Part shown: positions 48,953 through 58,438 of the stretch, one piece after another
Position numbering within the stretch: the first letter of the stretch is position 1
How the letters are laid out: every line of letters begins with the position of its first letter
Origin: an uncultured Acidobacteriota bacterium
Lineage (GTDB): Bacteria; Actinomycetota; Acidimicrobiia; Spongiisociales; ZC4RG35
Assembly: GCA_963848695.1 (NCBI GenBank)
Contig: CAWKEI010000010.1
Location: 4,905 to 68,904, forward strand
DNA length: 64,000 nt
Direction of reading: 5' to 3'
Notes under the pieces: generated by a model
Seen by the model: only the letters and a program-made list of their open reading frames with translations
Told to the model about the DNA's origin: nothing
The model's database searches: none
Translations under genes and position numbers: made by a program

Positions 48953-50815
48953 TTGCGCAAGCTCGCCCGGGCTCTGATCGTCTTCCTGCTGGTCGCGGCC
49001 CCGGCGACGGCGGTCTTCGCCAAGTCGTTCTGGATGAGCAACGCCGATGTCGACATCGTCGTGAACGACGACGGATCGCTGTCGGTCACAGAGAGATTGA
49101 CGTTCGACTTCGATGGGGATTTCGCCGGCGCTTATCGAGACATCCCCCTCCGACCGGGCGAGACCATCTCAGGCGTCACCGTCAGTGACGAGTCGGTCAC
49201 CTACGAGCCGGGGGCATGTACCGAGCTCGGCTGCTCGTCGCCTCCGGGCTCGTTTGGAGTGGAGGAGCAGAGCGATCTGGTCCGGATCGTGTGGCATCAC
49301 AGCTCGTTCAGCGAGCAGCGGACCTTCGAGATCAGCTACGTGATGACTGGTCTCACCATTGCCCACGACGACGTCGTCGACGTGAATGTCCAGGTGTGGG
49401 GCGACCAGTGGGCGGTTGGCCTCCAGGAGCTCGCCGCCAGGATGACCCTGCCCGCTGGGGCGGAGCCCGGCGAGGTCCGTGTCTACGGCCATCCCTACGG
49501 AGTCGACGGGGAGACCTCGCTCGGGGCCGACCAGATAACCCCGTCTCTGGTGGCGAGCAACGTGCCCGCCTATCAATGGGTCGAATTGCGCGCGGTATTC
49601 CCCAGGTCTGTGCTCACATCGACCGAGGGCGCAACAGTCGTCCCCGGAGAAGGTCTGCCCGGCATCATCGCCGAGGAAGACGAATTCGCCCGGGAGGCGT
49701 CCGACGCCACCACCGCGGCCCGGTCGGGGCTGATCTGGGGCTCGGTCCTGGCCCTGGGGCTGTCCGCGGGCCTCGGGGGCCTCGTGTACCTCCGGTACGG
49801 AAAGGAGCCGCGGGTCGACTACGACCGGGAGTACGAACAGGAACCGCCGACCGAGTTGAAACCGGCGGAAGTCGGGGCCCTCCTCACCCAGGGGGCGGTG
49901 AGCGAGAAGGAGTTCACCGCCACCATGTTCGATCTGATCCGGCAGGGCGCGATCAAGGCCACCCCGTCGCAGGTCGAGCGGAGCACCTGGGGCGGGCTTC
50001 GCGAAGAGACGATCACCGACCTGGTGCTCGAGCTCACCGACAAGGACACCGGCTACCGGGACTACGAGCAGTCGGTGCTTTCGGTCGTCGGCCGCGTCCT
50101 CGACGAAGGGCCAAGACCGCTTCATGAGTTCAAGGAGCGAATCCGTGACGATGCTTCGGAGAACGCATCGAGCTACCAGAGCTTCAGGAGCAAGGTGTCC
50201 TCGGCGATCAAGCGAGGCGGTCTGCTCGACGAGACCGGCAACGGCGTGGCGTGGTTCGTGGCCATCGCGGTCGGGCTCCTCGTCTTCGGTGCGATCGTGT
50301 TCCTGCCCGACCTGCTCAGACGCCGTCCCGGCGGCCAGACCATGGCCATCTTCATCGTGATCGGGATGGTGATCGGCGCCCTCGCTCTCTACATACTCCT
50401 GTTCTTCCGCCGGGTGCGGGTCCGACGGACCAAGGAGGGGGCACTCGAGGCCGAACGCTGGGACGCGTTCAGGCGCTATCTGACCGATTTCTCCCGGCTC
50501 GAGGAAGCCCCACCGATCTCACTCGCGCTCTGGGACAAATTCCTGATCTACGCCATCGTGTTCGGGGTGGCGGAGGAGGTGTTGCAACAGGCGCGGATCC
50601 ACGCCCCACCCGAGTTGGAACAGACCTCGTCGATCTATTGGTTCGGGAACTACGGATATTCGGGAGGCCACACCGAGAATGCCTTTGCCGGTCTGAACTC
50701 TGCTCTCACAGGTGCTTTCAGCCCGCCTTCGTCGAGCGGTGGTGGCGGCGGGTTCTCCGGCGGAGGGGGAGGCGGTGGCGGTGGAGGAGGCGGCGGGGGT
50801 GGAGGCGCCTGGTAG
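48953..50815 (+). CDS. DUF2207 domain membrane protein with C-terminal poly-glycine tail (LemA partner)
   Basis: Signal peptide, large extracytoplasmic domain, 3 TM helices near residues 420-480. Ends in SSGGGGGFSGGGGGGGGGGGGGGGGAW. Adjacent to LemA with a 1-nt gap. Confidence 0.65.
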   Translation: MRKLARALIVFLLVAAPATAVFAKSFWMSNADVDIVVNDDGSLSVTERLTFDFDGDFAGAYRDIPLRPGETISGVTVSDESVTYEPGACTELGCSSPPGSFGVEEQSDLVRIVWHHSSFSEQRTFEISYVMTGLTIAHDDVVDVNVQVWGDQWAVGLQELAARMTLPAGAEPGEVRVYGHPYGVDGETSLGADQITPSLVASNVPAYQWVELRAVFPRSVLTSTEGATVVPGEGLPGIIAEEDEFAREASDATTAARSGLIWGSVLALGLSAGLGGLVYLRYGKEPRVDYDREYEQEPPTELKPAEVGALLTQGAVSEKEFTATMFDLIRQGAIKATPSQVERSTWGGLREETITDLVLELTDKDTGYRDYEQSVLSVVGRVLDEGPRPLHEFKERIRDDASENASSYQSFRSKVSSAIKRGGLLDETGNGVAWFVAIAVGLLVFGAIVFLPDLLRRRPGGQTMAIFIVIGMVIGALALYILLFFRRVRVRRTKEGALEAERWDAFRRYLTDFSRLEEAPPISLALWDKFLIYAIVFGVAEEVLQQARIHAPPELEQTSSIYWFGNYGYSGGHTENAFAGLNSALTGAFSPPSSSGGGGGFSGGGGGGGGGGGGGGGGAW

Positions 50816-50861
50816 GGCGATCGGCAGCCAAATCGCGGCATCGGTTTAGCGTGTCAACGGG

Positions 50862-51683
50862 ATGAGATCGTCACTCGCCATCGTCGCCATGGTCATCGGG
50901 ACCGCATTTCCACCGTCGGCGCAGACCGCGGAAGTGGAGTTTCCCGTATACACGGGCGACGAGTTCAAGGCTCTCTACGACCATGCGGTGCGGCGTGTCC
51001 TCCCCAACTTGGTGCCCCCGGCCGGCCGTCAGCCGATCACGGGCGACCCGGGCCTGGACGAGCGGATCTGGGAGATCGCCACCGCTCGCGGCTACGTCCT
51101 CAGACCTGTGGCGGGGCCTGATCTGGCCGGCGCCGACGGCGTGCCGATGCAACCGCAGGCTGCGGCCGCGTGGCTGGAGCTGAAAGAGGCGGCGCGTGCC
51201 GCCGGCCACGGTTTCATCGTCTCCTCGGCGTACCGCTCACCTGACGCCCAGCGGACGCAGTTCAATTCGAAGCTCAGGGGGGGCAGCGACGAGGCCATCG
51301 ACGCCGCCCTGACCTGGTATTCGATCCCGGGCACCTCTAAACACCACAGCGGATACGCCCTCGACTTTCGCTATGCCAACGGGACGTTCGGTGAGTTTCG
51401 GAACACGTCCGACTACGCCTGGCTGGCTGCGGACAACTTTTACAACGCCAAGCGATTCGGCTTCATCCCCTCGTACCCGGACGACGTGGCCGCCCAGGGC
51501 CCCAACCCCGAGCCGTGGGAGTTCGTTTGGGTGGGGGTCGACTTGATCCGTTGTGGGAATCCCTGCGTCGATGCGGCGACCGGACCGGACTCCCGCCATC
51601 CCGGCACCGTCACCCCTGCCGATCTGGGCCTGGATCGAAGTGGGCGCCGCCGGCACTGGCGGGCGCCGGCCGTTATCGGCTGA
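50862..51683 (+). CDS. M15 family D-Ala-D-Ala carboxypeptidase (VanY-like)
   Basis: Signal peptide; zinc-site motifs SSAYRSPDAQ and SKHHSGYALDF. Confidence 0.7.
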   Translation: MRSSLAIVAMVIGTAFPPSAQTAEVEFPVYTGDEFKALYDHAVRRVLPNLVPPAGRQPITGDPGLDERIWEIATARGYVLRPVAGPDLAGADGVPMQPQAAAAWLELKEAARAAGHGFIVSSAYRSPDAQRTQFNSKLRGGSDEAIDAALTWYSIPGTSKHHSGYALDFRYANGTFGEFRNTSDYAWLAADNFYNAKRFGFIPSYPDDVAAQGPNPEPWEFVWVGVDLIRCGNPCVDAATGPDSRHPGTVTPADLGLDRSGRRRHWRAPAVIG

Positions 51684-52722
51684 GCAGAAAGAACGCCGAG
51701 AACCTGTTGGTGATCTCGTCCAGTGGCCGGAACGTGCCAAAGCCTGCCTGCCCGGCGAGCTCCTCGGCTCGCTCACGGCCCCACGCCGCACCCAGGCCAA
51801 CGCCACCGCGAGCCAGGGACTGGGTCATGCAGTGCAGGGTCGAGATCCCGTACAACATCGCGCCTCGGGGATCGAGATTGTCCTCCAGCTTGGACCCGGC
51901 GTTGGGCTCCATCATGAGGTACACCCCGTCGTCGGCCAGGGACTCGCGGATGCGACGGAGCCCTGCCAGGGGGTCGGCCAGATCGTGGATCACATCGAAG
52001 CTGGTGATCAGCCCGAACGGCGGCTCCGTGGGGATCTCGGTGACATCATGTCCGAGAAAATCGACGTTGTCGGCGTGGTCTGCTCGGCCCCGGGCGACGG
52101 CAATCGATTCGGGGGAGACATCGAAACCGATCACCTGAGACTTGGGGAAGGCCTCGCCCATGAGCAATGCGGCCGTGCCGGACCCGCAGCCGACGTCGGC
52201 AACCCTGATTCCCTTCTCCAGATTCGGGACCAGGCCAGGCACCGCAGGCAGCCATTTGGGGATGAGAAATGTCCTCTGGGAAGGCGTGTTCCCCCGGTCG
52301 ATTCCCCGAATAATGACGTCGCCGTACTCTTCGAACCCAACGCCGCCCCCCTGCGCCGTCGCCACCGCAACCCGATCGACCTGGGCGAGTACCGCGGGAA
52401 GCAGGTCGAGGAAACCGCCCATGAAATACGGGCTGGAGTCGTCCGACAAGAACAAGGCATGCTCGGCCGGCAGGTTGAACCGCCCCGACTCCGGCTCGTA
52501 GTCGACGACACCCGCCGCGGCCAGCCCGGAGAGGATCTCCTCGACATAGCGGGTCTGGAGCGCGGCGCCGCGGGCCAGCTCATCGGCGGTTCCTCCGCCC
52601 GACTCGTCGAGATATCGAGTCAGGCCGCTGCGGTCGGCGACAGCGAGCAGGCCGACGGTGGTAGCTCCCGAGGCGAACTCGAGGAACCTCTCGAGGAAGG
52701 TCTCGATCTTGGCGCGGTCCAC
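51673..52722 (-). CDS. class I SAM-dependent O-methyltransferase with N-terminal winged-helix dimerisation domain
   Basis: SAM motif I VADVGCGSG, acidic motif II FDVIH, 349 aa. Lies 10 nt downstream of hutI on the same strand. Confidence 0.65.
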   Translation of the reverse strand: MDRAKIETFLERFLEFASGATTVGLLAVADRSGLTRYLDESGGGTADELARGAALQTRYVEEILSGLAAAGVVDYEPESGRFNLPAEHALFLSDDSSPYFMGGFLDLLPAVLAQVDRVAVATAQGGGVGFEEYGDVIIRGIDRGNTPSQRTFLIPKWLPAVPGLVPNLEKGIRVADVGCGSGTAALLMGEAFPKSQVIGFDVSPESIAVARGRADHADNVDFLGHDVTEIPTEPPFGLITSFDVIHDLADPLAGLRRIRESLADDGVYLMMEPNAGSKLEDNLDPRGAMLYGISTLHCMTQSLARGGVGLGAAWGRERAEELAGQAGFGTFRPLDEITNRFSAFFLLSR

Positions 52723-52731
52723 CCGCGGAAG

Positions 52732-53925
52732 CTAGTGACCGGAGACGACCTTGCCCGCCTTGATCGTCATCCGCACCAGGTTGGTCCCCGGCCGGTAGGG
52801 GAGATGGGCCGGCGAGGGCGCGTTCAGGACCACGACGTCGCCTGCCGATCCCGGCGCGATCAACCCATGATCACCCATCCCCAAGGCGAGTGCCCCTCCT
52901 CTAGTCGCGGCGTGGATCGCCTGCTCCACGGACAACCCCATCTGGACCACGGCCAGACTGATCACCGCGCCGAGCGACTCGAAGTAGGACGTGCCCGGAT
53001 TGCAGTCCGTGGCCAGGGCCACCGTGACCCGGTGGTCGAGGAGCATCGGCCCGGGCGCTTGTGGGGAGCGCAACATGTAGGAAGCACCAGGCGCGAGCAC
53101 GGCAACCACACCGGCCTCGGCTAGCGCCCGGGCGTCGTCCTCAATCACGTGATCGAGGTGGTCGGCGCTGGCCGCCCCGATCTCGGCAGCAAGGGCCGCC
53201 CCACCGGAGTGGGAGAGCTGCTCGGCGTGTACCCGGGCTCCCAACCCGAGCCCCTGGGCTGCGGCGAAGATCCGCCGCGCCTCCTCCACCGAGAAGGCGC
53301 CTTCCTCGACGAATACATCGCAGAAATCGGACAGTGGGGCGGCAGCGGGGAGCATCTCCTCGACCAGCAGGTCGACATAGCCGGCTCGGTCGTTGCCGAA
53401 CTCGACGGGCACCGTGTGGGCACCGAGGAAGGTGGTCTTGACCGAGACCGGCAGATCGGCGGCGATCCTCCTGGCGACCCGGAGCAGGGTCAATTCGGTG
53501 TCGAGATCCAGCCCGTAGCCGGATTTGATCTCCACGCTGGTTGTCCCTGCCCCGATCATCCGGCGCACCCTGGTTGCAGCCGACGTGAACAGGTCGTCCT
53601 CGGACGAGGAACGGGTGGCGGCCACCGTCGACAGGATCCCACCACCAGCCTCTGCCACTTCGGCATAGGAGGCACCGGCCATCTTCATGGCGAACTCATC
53701 GGCGCGGTCACCCCCGAACACGAGATGGGTGTGGCTGTCCACGAACCCGGGGATCACCGCCTGGCCAAGACAGTCGACTCGCTCAGCCAGGCGCTGATCC
53801 GGAGCGTCGGACTCCGGCCCGGCGTAAACGATTGTCCCGCTCTCGATCTTCACCGCCGCTTCGGCGATGGGGTCGCCGACGTTGGTGGTGAGATGGCCGA
53901 TGCCGGTGAGGAGAACGTCGGTCAC
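52732..53925 (-). CDS. hutI: imidazolonepropionase
   Basis: Amidohydrolase fold with GFVDSHTHLVFGG metal-binding motif and HutI-like length (397 aa). Confidence 0.8.
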   Translation of the reverse strand: MTDVLLTGIGHLTTNVGDPIAEAAVKIESGTIVYAGPESDAPDQRLAERVDCLGQAVIPGFVDSHTHLVFGGDRADEFAMKMAGASYAEVAEAGGGILSTVAATRSSSEDDLFTSAATRVRRMIGAGTTSVEIKSGYGLDLDTELTLLRVARRIAADLPVSVKTTFLGAHTVPVEFGNDRAGYVDLLVEEMLPAAAPLSDFCDVFVEEGAFSVEEARRIFAAAQGLGLGARVHAEQLSHSGGAALAAEIGAASADHLDHVIEDDARALAEAGVVAVLAPGASYMLRSPQAPGPMLLDHRVTVALATDCNPGTSYFESLGAVISLAVVQMGLSVEQAIHAATRGGALALGMGDHGLIAPGSAGDVVVLNAPSPAHLPYRPGTNLVRMTIKAGKVVSGH

Positions 53926-55430
53926 GCGTAGGCGGCGGCGGTCACCGACCCATCGGCGATGAGTTCCGCCACGAGCTCGATCTCATCAGTCAGGGAACGG
54001 TCATCGGTCAACGAAGGCACATGTGCGCGTACCAGGTCGACGATCACACCTGTCCCTGGGGCGGGCCGCAGAGGCCGGCGATACTCGATCCCCTGCGAGG
54101 CGCAGAGGATCTCGATGGCGATCACCCTACGTGTATTTCCCAGCACTTGATTCAGCTTGAGGCCGGCGCCCCATCCCATGGAGACGTGGTCTTCCTGGTT
54201 GCCCGAGGTGGGGATGGTGTCGACAGAAGCTGGATGGGCGAGCACCTTGTTTTCGGCGACCAGCGCCGCTTGGGTGTACTGGCCGATCATGTAGCCGGAC
54301 TGGACCCCGGGTCTGACCGCGAGGAAGGGGGGCAGGCCGCGGGATCGGGCCGGATCGAGGAGGCGGTCGGTGCGGCGCTCGGAGATGGAGGCCAGCTCGC
54401 TGACGGCAATGGCGGCGAAGTCGAGCACGAAGGCGAGGGGCTGGCCATGGAAGTTGCCCGCGGATACGACTTCGGAGGTATCCGGAAAGACGATCGGGTT
54501 GTCGACGACGGACCCAAGCTCCCGGGACAAGACGTCTTCCATGTGGTCCAGGGTGTCGGAGACGGCACCATGGACCTGTGGGGCGCAGCGCAGTGAATAG
54601 GCGTCCTGCACGGCGTGGTCGAAGTCGTCCTGATGACTGGCGCCGATCGGGCTGTCCTCGATCAGTGCAGCGATGCGCCCGGCGGAGGCGATCTGCCCGG
54701 GATGGGGGCGAAGTCGATGTATGTCCTCACGGAAGGGACGGGCGCTGCCCATCATGGCCTCGATGGTCATGGCGCAGGCCGCATCGGCCGCAATGAGGAG
54801 CTGGCGCGCCTCGTGCAAAGACAGTGCCCCCATGGCGGCCATCCCCTCGGTCCCGTTGAGGAGTGAGAGGCCTTCTTTTGCCTGGAGTGCGAGGGGGACG
54901 AGGTCGGCTTCGCTCGCAGGGACGATCGCGCCGTCGATCTTCACCTTGCCTTGGCCGATCAGGGGCAATGCCATGTGGGCAAATGGGGCGAGGTCACCTG
55001 ACGCACCCACCGAGCCCCGGGATGGGATGACGGGAAGGATGTCCCGATCGAGCATCTCGAGGATTCGCTCCACGACGAGCGGTCGGACCCCGGAGTGGCC
55101 CTGGGCGAGGGTCCTGGCCCGGAGCAAGAGGATGGCCCGCACCAACGGATCAGGCAGTGGAGCCCCGACGCCCGATGCATGCGACCTGATGAGGTTGTAC
55201 TGGAGGGCCTCGGCCTCGTCTCGATCGATCCGGGTCGAGGCGAGAGCGCCGAATCCGGTGGTGATCCCATAGACGATTTCGCCTGATTCCACCGCCGCCT
55301 CGACCACGGCTCGGGCCGGTTCCATCCGAGAGGCCAGGTCGGGCCCGGGGATTGCCCGCGCCCGCCGATAGGCGACTTCAACCACCTGGTCGGGAGTTAG
55401 TGGTCCGCCATCGACGACAACTTCCGTCAC
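53922..55430 (-). CDS. hutH: histidine ammonia-lyase (MIO-dependent aromatic amino acid lyase family)
   Basis: ASGDLAPFAHMALPLIGQG with the Ala-Ser-Gly MIO-forming triad. ~502 aa from the GTG (VTEVVVDGGPLTP). Confidence 0.85.
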   Translation of the reverse strand: MTEVVVDGGPLTPDQVVEVAYRRARAIPGPDLASRMEPARAVVEAAVESGEIVYGITTGFGALASTRIDRDEAEALQYNLIRSHASGVGAPLPDPLVRAILLLRARTLAQGHSGVRPLVVERILEMLDRDILPVIPSRGSVGASGDLAPFAHMALPLIGQGKVKIDGAIVPASEADLVPLALQAKEGLSLLNGTEGMAAMGALSLHEARQLLIAADAACAMTIEAMMGSARPFREDIHRLRPHPGQIASAGRIAALIEDSPIGASHQDDFDHAVQDAYSLRCAPQVHGAVSDTLDHMEDVLSRELGSVVDNPIVFPDTSEVVSAGNFHGQPLAFVLDFAAIAVSELASISERRTDRLLDPARSRGLPPFLAVRPGVQSGYMIGQYTQAALVAENKVLAHPASVDTIPTSGNQEDHVSMGWGAGLKLNQVLGNTRRVIAIEILCASQGIEYRRPLRPAPGTGVIVDLVRAHVPSLTDDRSLTDEIELVAELIADGSVTAAAYA

Positions 55431-55490
55431 GCTGGCACGGTAACGGGTTGATTCCCGGCAATGTGGGCGGGCCGATACCGTGCCTGGCAC

Positions 55491-55886
55491 ATGATGACCG
55501 ACCTGACCCCACTTCTCTCCGAGCCCGACGCCTCGATCGCAGTGATCGGCGCAACCGATCATGCCGGGAAGTACGGCGGGATCATCTATCGGGATCTAAA
55601 GCGGAGGGGGTATCGGGTCTTCGCTGTCAACCCCTACCGCGAGGCCGTCGACGGCGATCAGTGCTGGAAGACCGTGCTCGACCTTCCCGAGACTCCGACC
55701 ATCGCCGATTTCGTCATCCCGGCCCGGCGGGGACTCGATGTGCTCGACGAATGCCAGCAGGCCGGGATCCTCAACATCTGGCTCCAGCCCGGAGCAGAGT
55801 CACCTGAGCTGATGGAGAAGCTGGACACCGGGCCGTTCAATTGGCTGGCCCACGCCTGCATCATGGTGAGAGCTGCGCTGTCTTGA
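55491..55886 (+). CDS. CoA-binding domain protein (YccU-like)
   Basis: SIAVIGATDHAGKYGGIIYRDLKRRGYRVFAVNP Rossmann-type CoA-binding motif. Confidence 0.65.
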   Translation: MMTDLTPLLSEPDASIAVIGATDHAGKYGGIIYRDLKRRGYRVFAVNPYREAVDGDQCWKTVLDLPETPTIADFVIPARRGLDVLDECQQAGILNIWLQPGAESPELMEKLDTGPFNWLAHACIMVRAALS

Positions 55887-56021
55887 TTGCCGGCCGACTT
55901 CGCCCTGGAGCGCCACCCCGGCCGCATGACCAACTCTGTTTAGCCGGACGGGCACGGTCTTGGGCGAACAGACGCCCGGTCGGCTGAGGGTGCCGCACGA
56001 AGGCAAGGCGTTGGCAATCAA
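55883..56021. repeat. ~140-nt hairpin-forming intergenic repeat, copy B, with 9-bp terminal inverted repeats TTGATTGCC / GGCAATCAA (MITE-like)
   Basis: Shares the 24-nt 5' block and the GGGCGAACAGACGCC(C)GGTCGGC 3' block with copy A at 17271..17372. Lies between convergent genes and its ends overlap both stop codons. Confidence 0.5.
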
Positions 56022-57157
56022 AGTCGCCCGTCGAACAGCTCCCGGGCGATGATGTTGCGCTGGATCTCGGAAGTGCCCTCGTAGATGCGGGGCGCGCGGA
56101 CCTCGAGGTAGAGATGGGCCAGGGTGGAGTCGGCCTCGAGCCCTCTCGCCCCCATCACCTGGATCGCGGTGTCGACCGCTCGTTGCGCGGTCTCGGTGGC
56201 GTGGAGCTTGGCCATCGCCGCCTTCCCGGTCAGGGACTCGGTATCGCCGCTGTCGTGAGCAGCGGCGGCGGAGTACACGAGCAACTCGGCTGCCTCGATG
56301 TCGAGTCGGACGTTGGCCAACTGGTGGGAGACCCCCTGGAAATCGGAGATCGGCGTCCCGAATGCGGTGCGGGTTACCGCATGGCCGGCGGCGATGCGAA
56401 GCGCCGATTCCGCCATGCCCAGGGCGAAAGCGCCGACGCTGGGCCGGAAGAGATCCAGGGTTTGCATGGCAACCCGGAAGCCGTGGTCGACCTCGCCGAG
56501 GACGTTGGCAGAAGGCACAAACACACCATCGAGGTGGAGTCGGCCCAGTGGGTGCGGGGAGAGCATCGGGATCGGCTCCCCGCTCAGCCCTTCCATCTCG
56601 CTGCTCACGACGAACGCGGTGATTCCTCGGGAGCCGGCCCCGTCGGTGGTGCGGGCGAAAAGGGTGTAGACGTCGGCGTCGGGAGCATTGGAGATGTAGG
56701 CCTTCTCTCCGCTGATCCGAAATCCTTCACCATCGGGCTCGGCGATGGTGGAGAGGGCGGCGGCATCGGAGCCGGCACCGGGCTCGGTCAGGGCGAAGGC
56801 CGCAACCGTCTCCCCGTTCCGGATACCCGGCATGATCCGGTCTCTCAATTGGTCGTTTTCGGAGAGATGAATCGGTATCGCTCCGAGACCCTGCACGGCG
56901 AAGGCGGTCTCGGCCTCTGTGGACACCCGGGCCAGCCCTTGTCGAACGGAGCACAGCTCGGTGGCCGTGATGGTCTGCTCGGCGAAGAGGCGCTCGAAGA
57001 GCCCATGGTGGGCCAGGGCACCGACCAGTTTCCGGTTGACTCGCCCGGGGACACCGCCGTCGGCGATCTCGATCAGGGCATGCCCGAGACGCTCGGATTC
57101 CTCGACCAGCGGCCTGCTCATGACCCCAGTATGAGCCGTGCCATCGGCGGGTGCCAT
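56018..57157 (-). CDS. acyl-CoA dehydrogenase
   Basis: 379 aa with ACAD N-terminal, middle and C-terminal domains (catalytic-region motifs YTLFARTTDG and GGSNYEIQRN-like). Confidence 0.88.
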   Translation of the reverse strand: MAPADGTAHTGVMSRPLVEESERLGHALIEIADGGVPGRVNRKLVGALAHHGLFERLFAEQTITATELCSVRQGLARVSTEAETAFAVQGLGAIPIHLSENDQLRDRIMPGIRNGETVAAFALTEPGAGSDAAALSTIAEPDGEGFRISGEKAYISNAPDADVYTLFARTTDGAGSRGITAFVVSSEMEGLSGEPIPMLSPHPLGRLHLDGVFVPSANVLGEVDHGFRVAMQTLDLFRPSVGAFALGMAESALRIAAGHAVTRTAFGTPISDFQGVSHQLANVRLDIEAAELLVYSAAAAHDSGDTESLTGKAAMAKLHATETAQRAVDTAIQVMGARGLEADSTLAHLYLEVRAPRIYEGTSEIQRNIIARELFDGRL

Positions 57158-57231
57158 GAGAGGGCCGATTTGACCGCCCGCGGCTTGCCTTCGCTGACAT
57201 AATCCGGGGACCCCGAGAGAAGGGATGATCC

Positions 57232-58428
57232 ATGGGAGCGATGCCGTCCGGTGTGCGCAACCTGTTCCGCGCCGCGTTGGTCATCTTCGTCATCACCGTG
57301 GTGATCGGGATACTGAACGGGCTCGACGTGTGGGAGCCACCCCGAAACACCCTCCTCACCCACGTTCACGCCGGCACCCTGGGATGGATCACCTTGTCGG
57401 TGTTCGGCGGGGCGATCTGGATGTTCGGCTCGGCAGATGACCGATCGAGCAATCTGCTCGCCAATCTGTCGATCGCGGCCCTGGCCCTCTATGTGCTGGC
57501 GTTCTGGTCGGTGGACCTGACCACTTCGAGCGTTCAGCGGCCCATCGGGGGCACGCTCGCCTTCATCGCCATCGTTTGGATGTTCGTATGGGTGTTGCGG
57601 GCGCACCGCGGCAAGACCTGGACCGTCTCGGAGTACGGCATGGCCCTGGCCCTTCTCTTCCTGGTGATCGGAGCGGTGCTCGGGGTGGCGCTGGGCCTCC
57701 AGCTGGCTGACGTCGAGGTCGTTCCCGCGGAGAATGCCGATTCTCTCGGCGAGGCCCATCCGGCCGCCATGGTGGTCGGGTATGTGATTCTCGCCGCCGT
57801 CGCCATGGTGGAATGGCTGCTCCGGGGAGGGCGGGTGCCCACAGTCTCCGAGGCCAAGTCCGGTGTGGTCCAGATGAGCCTCATCTTCCTGGCCGGCGTT
57901 CTTGGGATGCTCGGCCTGCTCCTGGACAACGACGCGATGCTCCAAGCCAATGTGCCTCTGGAAGTGATCGGGCTGATCATCCTGATCTGGAGGCTCCGGT
58001 CCCTTCTCGCCCCGTCGCAGTGGGGCGGGCCGATACCGGGCATCATGGCCCGCACCGCAGTGGTCGGGTTGATCCTCGGTGTGGCGCTGCTCGCCTACGT
58101 CGTGTCCCTATTCGTGTCGGGGGCTGAGTTCGAGGAGGTTGCCCCCTGGTTGTTGGCGATGGACCACATCAACTTCATCATGGTCATGACCAATCTGATC
58201 TTCGCCATGATGGCCACCGCGTCGTTGGTCTCGGACACAGCCAATCGTCTCATCTTCTGGGGGGCGAACACGGGTGTGCTCGGCTTTGCAGTCGGGCTGT
58301 TCACCGAGAACGCGACCTTGAAGCGGATCTTCACCCCCATCCTCGGCGCCGCCCTCCTCTTCGGGATCTACACCTATCTCACCGCCAAGGAAGCCCGACC
58401 GGTCGTCGCGCAGGAGGTAGGCGTCTAG
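57232..58428 (+). CDS. hypothetical polytopic membrane protein (~11 TM)
   Basis: 398-aa highly hydrophobic ORF with positive GC-frame signal. No motif recognised. Confidence 0.45.
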   Translation: MGAMPSGVRNLFRAALVIFVITVVIGILNGLDVWEPPRNTLLTHVHAGTLGWITLSVFGGAIWMFGSADDRSSNLLANLSIAALALYVLAFWSVDLTTSSVQRPIGGTLAFIAIVWMFVWVLRAHRGKTWTVSEYGMALALLFLVIGAVLGVALGLQLADVEVVPAENADSLGEAHPAAMVVGYVILAAVAMVEWLLRGGRVPTVSEAKSGVVQMSLIFLAGVLGMLGLLLDNDAMLQANVPLEVIGLIILIWRLRSLLAPSQWGGPIPGIMARTAVVGLILGVALLAYVVSLFVSGAEFEEVAPWLLAMDHINFIMVMTNLIFAMMATASLVSDTANRLIFWGANTGVLGFAVGLFTENATLKRIFTPILGAALLFGIYTYLTAKEARPVVAQEVGV

Positions 58429-58438
58429 GCGCGTCTCT

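Noticed and set aside
50737-50809. (GGN)n repeat considered as a possible VNTR or CRISPR-like array
   Set aside because: It is in frame within the DUF2207 gene and encodes a poly-Gly tail. There is no spacer-repeat architecture.
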